Made by a program: the position numbers and the translations under genes. A stretch of DNA of 38,790 nt from a virus. Its lineage: Duplodnaviria; Caudoviricetes. How positions within the stretch are numbered: position 1 is the stretch's first letter; every line of letters begins with the position of its first letter. Shown piece after piece: positions 9,228-16,964 of the stretch. Location of the stretch: positions 1 through 38,790 of IMG/VR virus record IMGVR_UViG_3300049042_000212; one strand, given 5' to 3'. The notes under the pieces are model-generated. The model was not told where the DNA came from. It worked only from the letters and a program-made list of their open reading frames with translations, and did no database searches.

Positions 9228-10141
9228 CGCTGCACCTCGACTTCTATCGCGTTTTCTTGCTCGTCGAAGAGGGAGACGACCGCGAACGACCGCTGCTCCC
9301 TCGCTGAGACGCCCAGCTTGCCCGCTGTTGCGTTTTTTTGACTCTCCCTGCCCTCGAATATACCCGCCCACCCTTGCGCGATGCTGAGCTGCACAGCCGC
9401 TATAAACCGATCAGCCTTCGATGCCCAGCTTTGGAGCTGTTTGTCCTGACTGACTGGGAGGAGCGTCTCTCGACGCTGCCGCTTGTACGCGAGCCACTCG
9501 TCCCAAGCTGCTCGATGCTCCGGAGTGTCCAGACTTTCCGGAAACCGCGCCTGATATTCTTTGCTTTCCTTTCCTTTACTTTCCTTTCCTTTACTTTCCT
9601 TTCCTTTAGCACCTTTTCGGGACAGGATGTCAGCATCCTGCTCGCAGGCTGTCGACATCATGTCAGCAGCCTGCTTGCAGCCTGTCGACATAGTGCTATC
9701 AGCCTGCTCGCTTTCTGCTGTGAAATCGCTCGATTTTGACAGCGGTCTGCCGACATTTAGGTCGAGATGAATCGGTATCGAACGGTTCACCCTGCGACTC
9801 GTCACGTTCAAATATCTGCGCTGAATCCCCGCCGACGTGAGGACCGGAGTTCCACTCTCCGCAAGCGAGCGCTCGAAGAAGCCCGACGAGAGCAGAAGCT
9901 CGACCACGCCCGAGACCGTCTCGACGTCCTCTCTCGCGTCCCAGCAGAAGCCCTCGACGCTCGCCTTGTCCCATGCGAGACAGTATCCGTTCCGGTATAA
10001 ATCGCAGAGCAGTCGAATCAAAATCCCGACGCCCCGAGTCCCGAAGCGAGCCTGAAGCTGTCTGAGCTTAGGATCGCTGAGCCAGTCGACATCTATCGGA
10101 AAGTAGTCGAGCCCCGTTTTTGTTATCCGTTGTTTTGTCAT
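9224..10141 (-). CDS. Replication initiator (DUF4373/Lin1244-like N-terminus)
   Basis: GLDYFPIDVDWLSDPKL..LTSAGIQRRY; central repeat linker; C-terminal AWDEWLAYKR..SIAQGWAGIF. Confidence 0.82.
   Translation of the reverse strand: MTKQRITKTGLDYFPIDVDWLSDPKLRQLQARFGTRGVGILIRLLCDLYRNGYCLAWDKASVEGFCWDAREDVETVSGVVELLLSSGFFERSLAESGTPVLTSAGIQRRYLNVTSRRVNRSIPIHLDLNVGRPLSKSSDFTAESEQADSTMSTGCKQAADMMSTACEQDADILSRKGAKGKESKGKESKGKESKEYQARFPESLDTPEHRAAWDEWLAYKRQRRETLLPVSQDKQLQSWASKADRFIAAVQLSIAQGWAGIFEGRESQKNATAGKLGVSAREQRSFAVVSLFDEQENAIEVEVQR
9564..9608. repeat. 15-bp tandem repeat (x3) encoding KGKES
   Basis: ctttcctttccttta repeated three times; strongly pyrimidine-skewed tract. Confidence 0.85.
9627..9711. 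repeat. 33-bp imperfect direct repeats (putative ori iterons)
   Basis: 9627-9659 and 9660-9692 are near-identical; partial third copy to 9711. Confidence 0.75.
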
Positions 10142-10530
10142 GTTTTTTTCTCCTCTTCCTTTCCCGCGACTATGTTGCTCGAAATCCAGATCAGATGAGC
10201 CTCGACCTCCTGAAGCCGAGCCCTCGCGACCTCCTCAAACCGAGTCCCTCTCGCCCTCTGAAGCTCCGACTGAAGAACGGCTTCCTTCTCTCGGAGGTAC
10301 GCGAAGAGAGAGCGCAAAGGGTAGGAGATGAATCTCGTGTAAATCACGCAGCTCTTCGAGTAGTGTCGAACGCCGTCCGGAATCTGCCGCATATCGTCGC
10401 GAACTGAGTCCGTCGAGCCTCTCCTTCGACCCTTGCGTCGAGTGACGGGAACCGGCTTCGATTTCGGCTTCTCGCCCATCTCGAAAAGCTCGAACTGCGT
10501 CACCGGACTCGTCACTCCCATCATCTGCAC
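10138..10530 (-). CDS. Hypothetical protein
   Basis: GAGGG RBS; ATGA overlap with the initiator. Confidence 0.65.
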   Translation of the reverse strand: MQMMGVTSPVTQFELFEMGEKPKSKPVPVTRRKGRRRGSTDSVRDDMRQIPDGVRHYSKSCVIYTRFISYPLRSLFAYLREKEAVLQSELQRARGTRFEEVARARLQEVEAHLIWISSNIVAGKEEEKKT

Positions 10531-10548
10531 CCCTCTTCACTCCCAGCC

Positions 10549-11385
10549 CTAAGACTCCGACTTCTTCAAGCGCTCTTTGATGCGCGCAAGCGCGTTCCCG
10601 TCCTTCGCTCCCTCCTGTATCGCCTGAAGCTCGAAGTGATCTTCCCTCTTCGTGACCCCGTCAGCGAGCGATTTCCCGATGCCCTTCAGTTCCGTCACCT
10701 CGTCCGCGTTAGCGTCTGCCAGAGCGTGACCGAGATAGCCTTCGAGCATAGCGACCGAGACTCCGAGATTGTCGAAGCGCCCGACCAGATGCTTGATGAC
10801 GTCCTCCCGCGAAGACTTCAGCTCTCCGCTCGCGACCCCTCTCAAGGTCTTGTCAGCCGTAGCCAGAGCCGACTCGATCAAGTCTGGTGGAAGAAGAGAG
10901 AGGATCGCGTTCCTGATCAGGATCGCCCCGCGTCTTCCGATCAGCTCGCGGAGGTCTCGCTCGTCAGGTTCGACCCAGCGAGTCTCTCCGTCGCGCTGCT
11001 TTCGTTGCACTAAGCGCTTGAACTGGTCCTCGTATTCGCTCTGAGAGTTCGTCTCCAAGTCGACCGCGAAGCCCCTGATATGAACCGACTCGTCCGTCAG
11101 AGAGACCACGCGCAGCCCGTATCGGATGTTGCCCCAGAGCCGCGCAAGCTCTCTCGCGCAGTCCACCGAAGGACCGCTGATCGTCTTCCCCCCTCGTGGG
11201 AACTGGTAGCGAGCCGCCTCCGCAAGTAGTGGTCTCGCGAAGCTCTTTGAGACAGCGAGACTCGCTGCGACCTCGTTCCTCGGAAAGTGTTTCGCGCTGA
11301 CGACCGCCGCTTGAATGTCCGACTGCTCTCGATGCGCGAGCGCGAAGTCGGAGCCTCTAGCGCCGTTGATACTTGATACTTCCAT
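10549..11385 (-). CDS. Conserved phage protein, probable single-strand annealing partner of YqaJ exonuclease
   Basis: IQAAVVSAKHFPRNE..YQFPRGGKTISGPSV..ELARLWGNI..AVDLETN family pattern; AAGGAG RBS before MEVSS. Confidence 0.65.
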   Translation of the reverse strand: MEVSSINGARGSDFALAHREQSDIQAAVVSAKHFPRNEVAASLAVSKSFARPLLAEAARYQFPRGGKTISGPSVDCARELARLWGNIRYGLRVVSLTDESVHIRGFAVDLETNSQSEYEDQFKRLVQRKQRDGETRWVEPDERDLRELIGRRGAILIRNAILSLLPPDLIESALATADKTLRGVASGELKSSREDVIKHLVGRFDNLGVSVAMLEGYLGHALADANADEVTELKGIGKSLADGVTKREDHFELQAIQEGAKDGNALARIKERLKKSES

Positions 11386-11404
11386 TTTGTTTTCTCCTTT
11401 TTGT

Positions 11405-11575
11405 TTACCGTCTCGCAATCGCTTCCAGACAATCAGTGTGCTTTTCTTGCTCTTTCAAAAGCTCTTTTAAGTATTCCTTGAGTAGAAATATCTCTCCCGA
11501 TATATCCCTAAGCGCCTCGACTATCTTTTCAGCGTCGGTTCTTTTGTCTTCCTCTATCTTCTCTTTCTCTTCCAT
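11405..11575 (-). CDS. Small coiled-coil hypothetical protein, 56 aa (not in ORF track)
   Basis: MEEKEKIEEDKRTDAEKIVEALRDISGEIFLLKEYLKELLKEQEKHTDCLEAIARR; AAGGA RBS; fills the gap. Confidence 0.55.
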   Translation of the reverse strand: MEEKEKIEEDKRTDAEKIVEALRDISGEIFLLKEYLKELLKEQEKHTDCLEAIARR

Positions 11576-11822
11576 TCTGTTTTTTCCTTTCTAGTTTCGA
11601 CTCTCTCTGCCTTTCGACAGAAAGAGTCTTTATCCAGTCCATCACATCGCCGAGCCTCCAGCCGAGGAGCCTCTCTCCCGCTGTGTAGCGAGCAGGAAAA
11701 GCTCCGTCTCGCTCCAGAGCGTTGATCTGATACCTCGACAGCCCCGTCAGCCTCCGAACGTCGCGAAAGCGTATCAGCCTGATCTCGTCGTTGATCGCGA
11801 TTTGTTGCTCAGAGCTTGCCAT
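11529..11822 (-). CDS. alpA: AlpA-family DNA-binding protein / excisionase-like
   Basis: RLIRFRDVRRLTGLSR..GAFP..LLGWRLGDVMDWI; start MASSEQ. Confidence 0.8.
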   Translation of the reverse strand: MASSEQQIAINDEIRLIRFRDVRRLTGLSRYQINALERDGAFPARYTAGERLLGWRLGDVMDWIKTLSVERQRESKLERKKQNGREREDRGRQKNRR

Positions 11823-12126
11823 CGTCTCGCCTCTCGATTTTCGGATAGGTTGTGTCGTGTAGCGCTTTCCGCTTCGCTTTCGCCTCGTCGTGCTTCTCCA
11901 CTGCGTCATTGTATTCGCTGCTGCTCGTAGCCTGGAAAAGCTCCACAGATCCAAGAACCAAGTTCAGCTCGCGTCGAAGTTGCTCGAACTGCTCTGAGCT
12001 GATCAGCTTTCGATTGTGAATGAGCTTCCCCAGAATCTCGAAGACGTCAGCCGTGATCGATTGCAGGAAGAAGAAGCGCTTTGTGTGCGCTTCGTGTAGC
12101 GCCTTCAGCTCGTCGTTTTCTTTCAT
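11809..12126 (-). CDS. Hypothetical protein
   Basis: GGGGG RBS, helical composition, operon-like packing. Confidence 0.65.
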   Translation of the reverse strand: MKENDELKALHEAHTKRFFFLQSITADVFEILGKLIHNRKLISSEQFEQLRRELNLVLGSVELFQATSSSEYNDAVEKHDEAKAKRKALHDTTYPKIERRDDGKL

Positions 12127-12140
12127 GTATCCCCCCTGTT

Positions 12141-12422
12141 TTATGGCATCAAAAATCCGTGAGCCTCAAAGAAGCTCCGATCAGTCTTCGCAGCCTTCCA
12201 GCGCTCGAAAGCGAGCGCGTGAAAGGGATACGCGAGCGCGACCCTGAGCATCTGCGTCTCGTCTGCGTACAAAAGCAGCTCGAAGACGCGACAGAAGAAG
12301 TGAGTCGCTCCTCGATGCTGCCAGTCGTACAAGTGATTGATCGCTTCGACCCATTCCCGATCTTCGAGAGCCAGCGGTTCCGCGACCCTCTCTTCTCCAG
12401 CTTTTGCAAGTCTCAAAGTCAT
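12141..12422 (-). CDS. Hypothetical protein
   Basis: AGGAG RBS directly after the YqaJ stop. Confidence 0.65.
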   Translation of the reverse strand: MTLRLAKAGEERVAEPLALEDREWVEAINHLYDWQHRGATHFFCRVFELLLYADETQMLRVALAYPFHALAFERWKAAKTDRSFFEAHGFLMP

Positions 12423-12426
12423 GCTC

Positions 12427-13359
12427 CTATTCCCTCCCTGCGTTTAGTATGTAGACCCGATCATACGAGTAAGCCGCTGAGACTCGCTCCGCGACCTCGA
12501 TGCGCTTGACTCGATAGCGACGCCCATCTCTGAACGCCATTTCCGTCGCGCAGCTCGCTGCTTTCAGGTTGTTTTCTGCTGTCTTGATTCCGACATCGAG
12601 CTTCTTCATCTCTGCTTCGAGCGTTGACTTCTGCTCGCGCAGTTCGCAAAGTTCCTCGAAGTATGGCGAGACGAGATGCTCGCGCTCCTCGTCGAAGACG
12701 TAAGTTCCCGCGTCCCGCTTGATGAGCTTTGTCAGCAGCTCGCCGTCGAGCGCTCCTGCTTCCGGAGGAGTGTCTTTCTTAACGTGTTGAAGGAAAGCGT
12801 CGGCAAGCTCCAGCATCGTCGAGAAGACCTCCGCGTCGAACTTGAACTCGCGAAGAATCAGGTTCCCAGGATCACCCCCTAGAAGAGCCGCTATCGTCCC
12901 GCGCTCGACTCCGCAGACGCCCATCTGCCATTGAAGCTGAGCGAGATACTCGTCCGGAGTTTCCTCGTCAGCCCAGCGCTGAAGCTGCCTGATCGTCCCT
13001 GTCTTCGTCTCAAGAATCGCCTCTTCTCCATCCCCGACCCAGAAGTCGGGAGACGCTATCGCCCAGTCGATGTCCTTGTGAGCGAAAAGCGCGTCGCAGG
13101 ATCGAACCGGCTTCGAGCTTCGCTTCGAGTAAAGCTGCCCGACGTAGGGTTCCAAGAAAGAGCCCAGGTCTGTCAGGTCGTTCCCGCGAAAGTTGTCCTG
13201 AACTTTGCCCGTCCACTCTGCCCAGAGCTGAAGCGGAGACTTGTAGCTGTTAAGACCGGCGATGACGCTGATGACCGAGGAGGACACCTTCCCCGACCTA
13301 AGCGCGAGCCACTGCTCCCGACTCGTCGAGATGTTTTCAAGTAGTATCTTCCCCCTCAT
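12427..13359 (-). CDS. YqaJ-like viral recombinase / lambda-exonuclease family
   Basis: WLALRSGKVSSS, LGSFLEP, ASPDF, ILETKT, YLAQLQWQM motifs; ATGA-coupled start MRGK. Confidence 0.9.
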   Translation of the reverse strand: MRGKILLENISTSREQWLALRSGKVSSSVISVIAGLNSYKSPLQLWAEWTGKVQDNFRGNDLTDLGSFLEPYVGQLYSKRSSKPVRSCDALFAHKDIDWAIASPDFWVGDGEEAILETKTGTIRQLQRWADEETPDEYLAQLQWQMGVCGVERGTIAALLGGDPGNLILREFKFDAEVFSTMLELADAFLQHVKKDTPPEAGALDGELLTKLIKRDAGTYVFDEEREHLVSPYFEELCELREQKSTLEAEMKKLDVGIKTAENNLKAASCATEMAFRDGRRYRVKRIEVAERVSAAYSYDRVYILNAGRE

Positions 13360-13571
13360 ATCGTCTGCTCCTCGACTTGTAGTTCCAGCTCCGTCACTAG
13401 CGAAGAAAGCGTCTGAACTGCCTCCCAGACGTTTTCTCCAGGCTTCCAGATGCAAAGGTCTCCGTCTCTCAAGCGCGTCGCTCGAAGATAGAATCCCCCC
13501 TTCTGCGTGACGATCAGATTGAAGTCTTCGACGTTCCCGACCGTGTCTGCTGTTATCCTTTCGATTGCCAT
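13356..13571 (-). CDS. Hypothetical protein
   Basis: GAGGGG RBS; coupled to the YqaJ gene. Confidence 0.65.
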   Translation of the reverse strand: MAIERITADTVGNVEDFNLIVTQKGGFYLRATRLRDGDLCIWKPGENVWEAVQTLSSLVTELELQVEEQTI

Positions 13572-13587
13572 TTGTTCCCCCTCGTCC

Positions 13588-14061
13588 TTAGTCGTTTACC
13601 TTTCCATCGCAAGCGCTTCTCGTCTCTTCTGTTCCCTGATCTTCTGATTCCGATGAGCGCTTGTGCGTATAGTTGCGGTCAGCCCTTGCGCTGACGGCTT
13701 CAGAGCCGGAGGTCTTGAGCCAGTTCTGATAAGCTGCCGTATCTATCAAGACCCTTTTGCCACGTTTGACGACGACTGCTTTGCGGAACTCCTTATTGCT
13801 CCAAAGCATCCACCGCAAGCCCGACTGAGTCGGATCGTCGAAGAACTCAGACCATCGAGTCACTGGGACAAGCGCCGGAACTTCTTTCTCTTGCACGTCG
13901 TAGAACCGAGTGAATCTCCTGCCTGCCTCAAATCCGGTGTAGGGTTTCCCATTTTGCTGCGTGATTCTCTGAACTGCTCGCTCCAGAGCCAATTCGATCA
14001 TTTCACTCAAGTCACCCAAGATGTCTTTCCTGATCTCGCGCCAATTCAAGTTCTCGCCCAT
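13588..14061 (-). CDS. Putative excisionase-like winged-helix DNA-binding protein
   Basis: VPVTRWSEFFDDPTQSGLRWML..VVKRGKRVLIDTAAYQNWL resembles phage Xis-like wHTH proteins; GGGAG RBS. Confidence 0.55.
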   Translation of the reverse strand: MGENLNWREIRKDILGDLSEMIELALERAVQRITQQNGKPYTGFEAGRRFTRFYDVQEKEVPALVPVTRWSEFFDDPTQSGLRWMLWSNKEFRKAVVVKRGKRVLIDTAAYQNWLKTSGSEAVSARADRNYTHKRSSESEDQGTEETRSACDGKVND

Positions 14062-14081
14062 GATTTTCTCCCTTTGTTTTG

Positions 14082-14351
14082 TTATTCTTCCTCGTAAGCT
14101 CTTCGTCCCTTATTCTCTTCGCGCCAGTTCCACCCGCCGCCCTCTGCTGTCTCTCGTTGCCAGTCGAGGATCAGCTCATTCAGCGCTCGGACGACGTCTG
14201 CCCTTTCGTAGTAGACGCCCTCTCTGCGAGCCTCCCTGACAAGCCGCGTCGCCGCCTCCTCGTGACTTTCCCCGAGCCTGACTAATTTCCCATAGTCACT
14301 TCGAGCCAAGTTTCGCCACGCTGCCGAGTCATAGAAGTTCGGTGTTTTCAT
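14082..14351 (-). CDS. Hypothetical protein
   Basis: ATGA-coupled to the upstream ORF. Confidence 0.6.
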   Translation of the reverse strand: MKTPNFYDSAAWRNLARSDYGKLVRLGESHEEAATRLVREARREGVYYERADVVRALNELILDWQRETAEGGGWNWREENKGRRAYEEE

Positions 14352-14674
14352 ACGTCACCCCCGACTTTTCTGAACTCGAAGAAGCTCCTGTGCTGTGGAT
14401 GTTTGAGCGCAAAGATTCGCGCATAGTATGGCGCGTCGGTGTTGTTGCATTTGAACTCAAGCCGCTGCTCGACTTGTCGCTCCCACCTGACCCGCGCCAG
14501 GATGTCGACCGCGCCCGCCTTCTTCCCCTCCGACGCGAGCCGGAGCGCCAGAGCCTCGAACTCGCGCCAGACCTCCGGACTCGCCGACCAGCGTTTGAGC
14601 CACGCCTCGACCTCCGCGCAGGAATAGCCGGAGCGCTGAAGATGCGCTTTCGCTTGTTCTATCGACAGCCCCAT
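14348..14674 (-). CDS. Conserved phage hypothetical protein
   Basis: VWREFEALAL..ILARVRWE..FKCNN..PYYARIF..HP..FFEFR pattern recalled from phage early regions. Confidence 0.7.
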   Translation of the reverse strand: MGLSIEQAKAHLQRSGYSCAEVEAWLKRWSASPEVWREFEALALRLASEGKKAGAVDILARVRWERQVEQRLEFKCNNTDAPYYARIFALKHPQHRSFFEFRKVGGDV

Positions 14675-14676
14675 GA

Positions 14677-14823
14677 CTATCGAAGCTCCAGCCAGAGCAG
14701 AACAAGCGCGAGAGCTGCGTTGCAGCCCATCACGAAGTAGAAAAGTTTTTCGAGGGTTTCGCAGGATATAGTCGCCGAGCCTGCTCTCGGTTTATGATTT
14801 TGAAGACCTGTCACTTTTACCAT
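14677..14823 (-). CDS. Small membrane peptide, 48 aa (not in ORF track)
   Basis: MVKVTGLQNHKPRAGSATISCETLEKLFYFVMGCNAALALVLLWLELR; stop is 2 nt before the next ATG. Confidence 0.4.
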   Translation of the reverse strand: MVKVTGLQNHKPRAGSATISCETLEKLFYFVMGCNAALALVLLWLELR

Positions 14824-14843
14824 CCGTTTTCGCGACAGGTCAT

Positions 14844-14877
14844 GGGGTTCAGCGTTACCGCGCTGAGCCCCCCTTTT
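14844..14877. terminator. GC-rich hairpin, possible intrinsic terminator/attenuator
   Basis: ggggttcagcg / cgctgagcccc stem followed by cctttt on the + strand. Confidence 0.45.
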
Positions 14878-14894
14878 CCCTGTCGAGGTTTACG

Positions 14895-14937
14895 GACGAG
14901 AAAGATCGAAAAGTAAAGTTATCGGTCGTTTCTCGTC
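14895..14937. promoter_or_regulatory. Inverted repeat, putative operator at the early promoter
   Basis: gacgagaaa-gatcga ... tcggtc-g-tttctcgtc, at the edge of an AT-rich intergenic region. Confidence 0.45.
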
Positions 14938-15049
14938 ACAATCGGGACGTTAGACCAGAATAAGCCTTTGCGGAAGATGTTTTTTTCGCTTTTTGAACGA
15001 TTTTGCGCTTTTTGAGCGTTTAGCCTATTTCTAAACCGGCGTTGCGTTT

Positions 15050-15346
15050 TTAGCCGTGATTCCACCAACCGCCGATTCTGCCGCCCAAGTATAGCAAGCA
15101 TCCGACAACGAAGACCGGAACTCCTGTGTTGCCGTCGACCTGCGCCCAGATAACAAGCGAAAGCGGAATTAAGAGAACGCCGAAAAGCTCGATGCCTTTG
15201 TAGAGCTTGCCAGTTGCTTCGATGACCTGAGCTTTCTGCGCTCGTTCCTCAGTTAAGAACTCGCCGCAGTGCTTGCATTTCTTTGCCGCAGCGAGAATCA
15301 GCTCGGCGCAGAAAGGACACGATTTTTGTCCTGGTGTTGTTTCCAT
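15050..15346 (-). CDS. Zinc-ribbon membrane protein
   Basis: CPFCAE..CKHCGE followed by two hydrophobic helices; GGGGG RBS. Confidence 0.8.
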   Translation of the reverse strand: METTPGQKSCPFCAELILAAAKKCKHCGEFLTEERAQKAQVIEATGKLYKGIELFGVLLIPLSLVIWAQVDGNTGVPVFVVGCLLYLGGRIGGWWNHG

Positions 15347-15562
15347 GTTTCCCCCGTTTTTTGTTTTTCTCTGTCCGTCAGGTAGCGCCGCCAGCAGTAT
15401 TCAGCTATCCAGCAGCGTCGGAGTGTCAGAATCTCCGCTCCTGAGTTTACGATAGACCTGAGCTTCTTTGCTACCCCAGCCCGAGCCAGATGCTCGCTTT
15501 GCTGACAGCCCGACGCTTCGGTCCAGCAGACCTCGACGCATCTCCTGAGCGACTGAAAATCG

Positions 15563-15625
15563 CCGCACGAATTAGAGTATTTTCGTGCGGTCTTTTCGCT
15601 TGACGAGCGCCCTTTCGAGCGCCCT
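15563..15625. other. Candidate recombination site (attP/res)
   Basis: 9-bp perfect inverted repeat ccgcacgaa-N10-ttcgtgcgg plus two 10-bp direct repeats cgagcgccct, just downstream of the recombinase. Confidence 0.35.
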
Positions 15626-15677
15626 GTCCTTTCCTGTGTGTTTCCTGCTAGTTCCATCAGTTACCCACACCCCGACT

Positions 15678-16652
15678 TTACAGCTTGGATTTTGAGCTGT
15701 ATTGACCGAAGGCCAGCGAAAGCCCTGGGTTTGAGTCAGGAGTCCTCGACCGCTTGTCGTAGACCTCGACCATGTTGGTCGTCGTATGCCGGAGGAAAGC
15801 CGCGACGTCGCGGTCCTCGTAGCCTTTAGACTTGAGCCAGGTCGCAGCCGTTGCCCGAGCCGAGTGAGGAGAGACTTTCCCGAGTCCGACCGCTTCGGTG
15901 TGCCGCTGATAGATGCGCCTGACCGTCTCGACCGCGAGCCTGCCCCTGGGAGTCCCCTCCGTCGAGTAGAAGACCAAGAGAGGATCATCGTTCGTTGCCC
16001 CCTCTCCCGAGCGCTGCGAGACGAGCTGAGTAAACGCCTCCGCTGCCCATTCTGGGAGAGACTGTTGCTGCGTCGCTCCGTTCTTTGTTTCGCGGAGAAG
16101 TAAGCAGAGAGCGCCCTGCGCTGAGATGACAACGTCGCCGACGTTTAGCTTCTGAACTTCAGACCGTCGCAAGCCGCCACCGAAGAGAAGAGCCAGGATG
16201 CAGAAGTCTCGCTTTCCGACCTTTGTTCGTCTGTCTGGAAGAGCGAGAATCTTCTGAATAGCGTCGAACGGAATCAGCTTTGTCGGTCTCTTCTGCCGCC
16301 TTGCTCGCTTTGGAAGCTCGTCGTGAAGAGCGTCGAAGGGATTGATCTTCGCAGCTCCGACCGCGACGAGATACCGGAAGAGCTTCCTGATCAAGTGCAT
16401 TCGCTGACTGATCGTCGCGTCCGCGAGCTTGCCGCCGTAGCAGGAGGGACTCTCTCGGAGCCAGCGATAGAACCGCGCTGCCGTCGCTGCGTCGACCTTT
16501 GCCAGCGCTTTCTCGAATCTTGAGCTGCTGCCCTGCTCGACCTTCAAGAAGCGAGCGAGACACTCAAGCGCTTGCCCGTATGCCTTCTGTGTCTGTGGTG
16601 TTTTAACTCCGAGGAAGCCCTCGATCTCGTTGTCTTTTTTCATAGTCCTCAT
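15678..16652 (-). CDS. int: Tyrosine recombinase/integrase (XerC/D-sized)
   Basis: Catalytic residues: GGGLRRSEV (R), TKNG (K), HSAR (HxxR), LRH, VYD (Y). Confidence 0.92.
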   Translation of the reverse strand: MRTMKKDNEIEGFLGVKTPQTQKAYGQALECLARFLKVEQGSSSRFEKALAKVDAATAARFYRWLRESPSCYGGKLADATISQRMHLIRKLFRYLVAVGAAKINPFDALHDELPKRARRQKRPTKLIPFDAIQKILALPDRRTKVGKRDFCILALLFGGGLRRSEVQKLNVGDVVISAQGALCLLLRETKNGATQQQSLPEWAAEAFTQLVSQRSGEGATNDDPLLVFYSTEGTPRGRLAVETVRRIYQRHTEAVGLGKVSPHSARATAATWLKSKGYEDRDVAAFLRHTTTNMVEVYDKRSRTPDSNPGLSLAFGQYSSKSKL

Positions 16653-16676
16653 AGTTTCCCTCTCTTTCTTTCGCTA

Positions 16677-16722
16677 GTCAAAACCTTTTGACCATTGTCT
16701 TTTGACGGTGATAAGGTTTTGA
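16677..16722. promoter_or_regulatory. Operator-like inverted repeats between divergent int and HTH genes
   Basis: Palindrome gtcaaaa-cc-ttttgac (16677-16692); tcaaaacctt (16678-87) / aaggttttga (16713-22). Confidence 0.55.
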
Positions 16723-16739
16723 TTCTTTTGAGGTATTCT

Positions 16740-16964
16740 ATGCGATTTGTGACCTATATTTTTGAGAAGTCAGGAATGACTCAGTACCGATGGGCGAAAT
16801 CGCTCGGAATCAGCTTGCAGTCTGTGCAGTATATTCTCGGAGTGACTGCCCGCCCGCGCTCGCGCAAGTCGATGGATTTGCGCTTGCTATGCAAGCTCCG
16901 AAAGTCCAGCGGTTTGTCTTGGGATAAGTTTGGGAAGCTGCTCGATAGCGAGTTCTCAGATTGA
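16740..16964 (+). CDS. XRE/Cro-CI family HTH regulator (probable repressor)
   Basis: GMTQYRWAKSLGISLQSVQYI HTH; GAGG RBS; the only convincing plus-strand gene. Confidence 0.8.
   Translation: MRFVTYIFEKSGMTQYRWAKSLGISLQSVQYILGVTARPRSRKSMDLRLLCKLRKSSGLSWDKFGKLLDSEFSD

Noticed and set aside
9564-9711. CRISPR-like mini-array
   Set aside because: The repeats are contiguous with no spacers and are in-frame within the initiator gene.
15298-15657. 119-aa ORF downstream of the recombinase
   Set aside because: No recognisable motifs; it overlaps the zinc-ribbon gene and spans repeat elements better explained as a recombination or regulatory region. It cannot be fully excluded.
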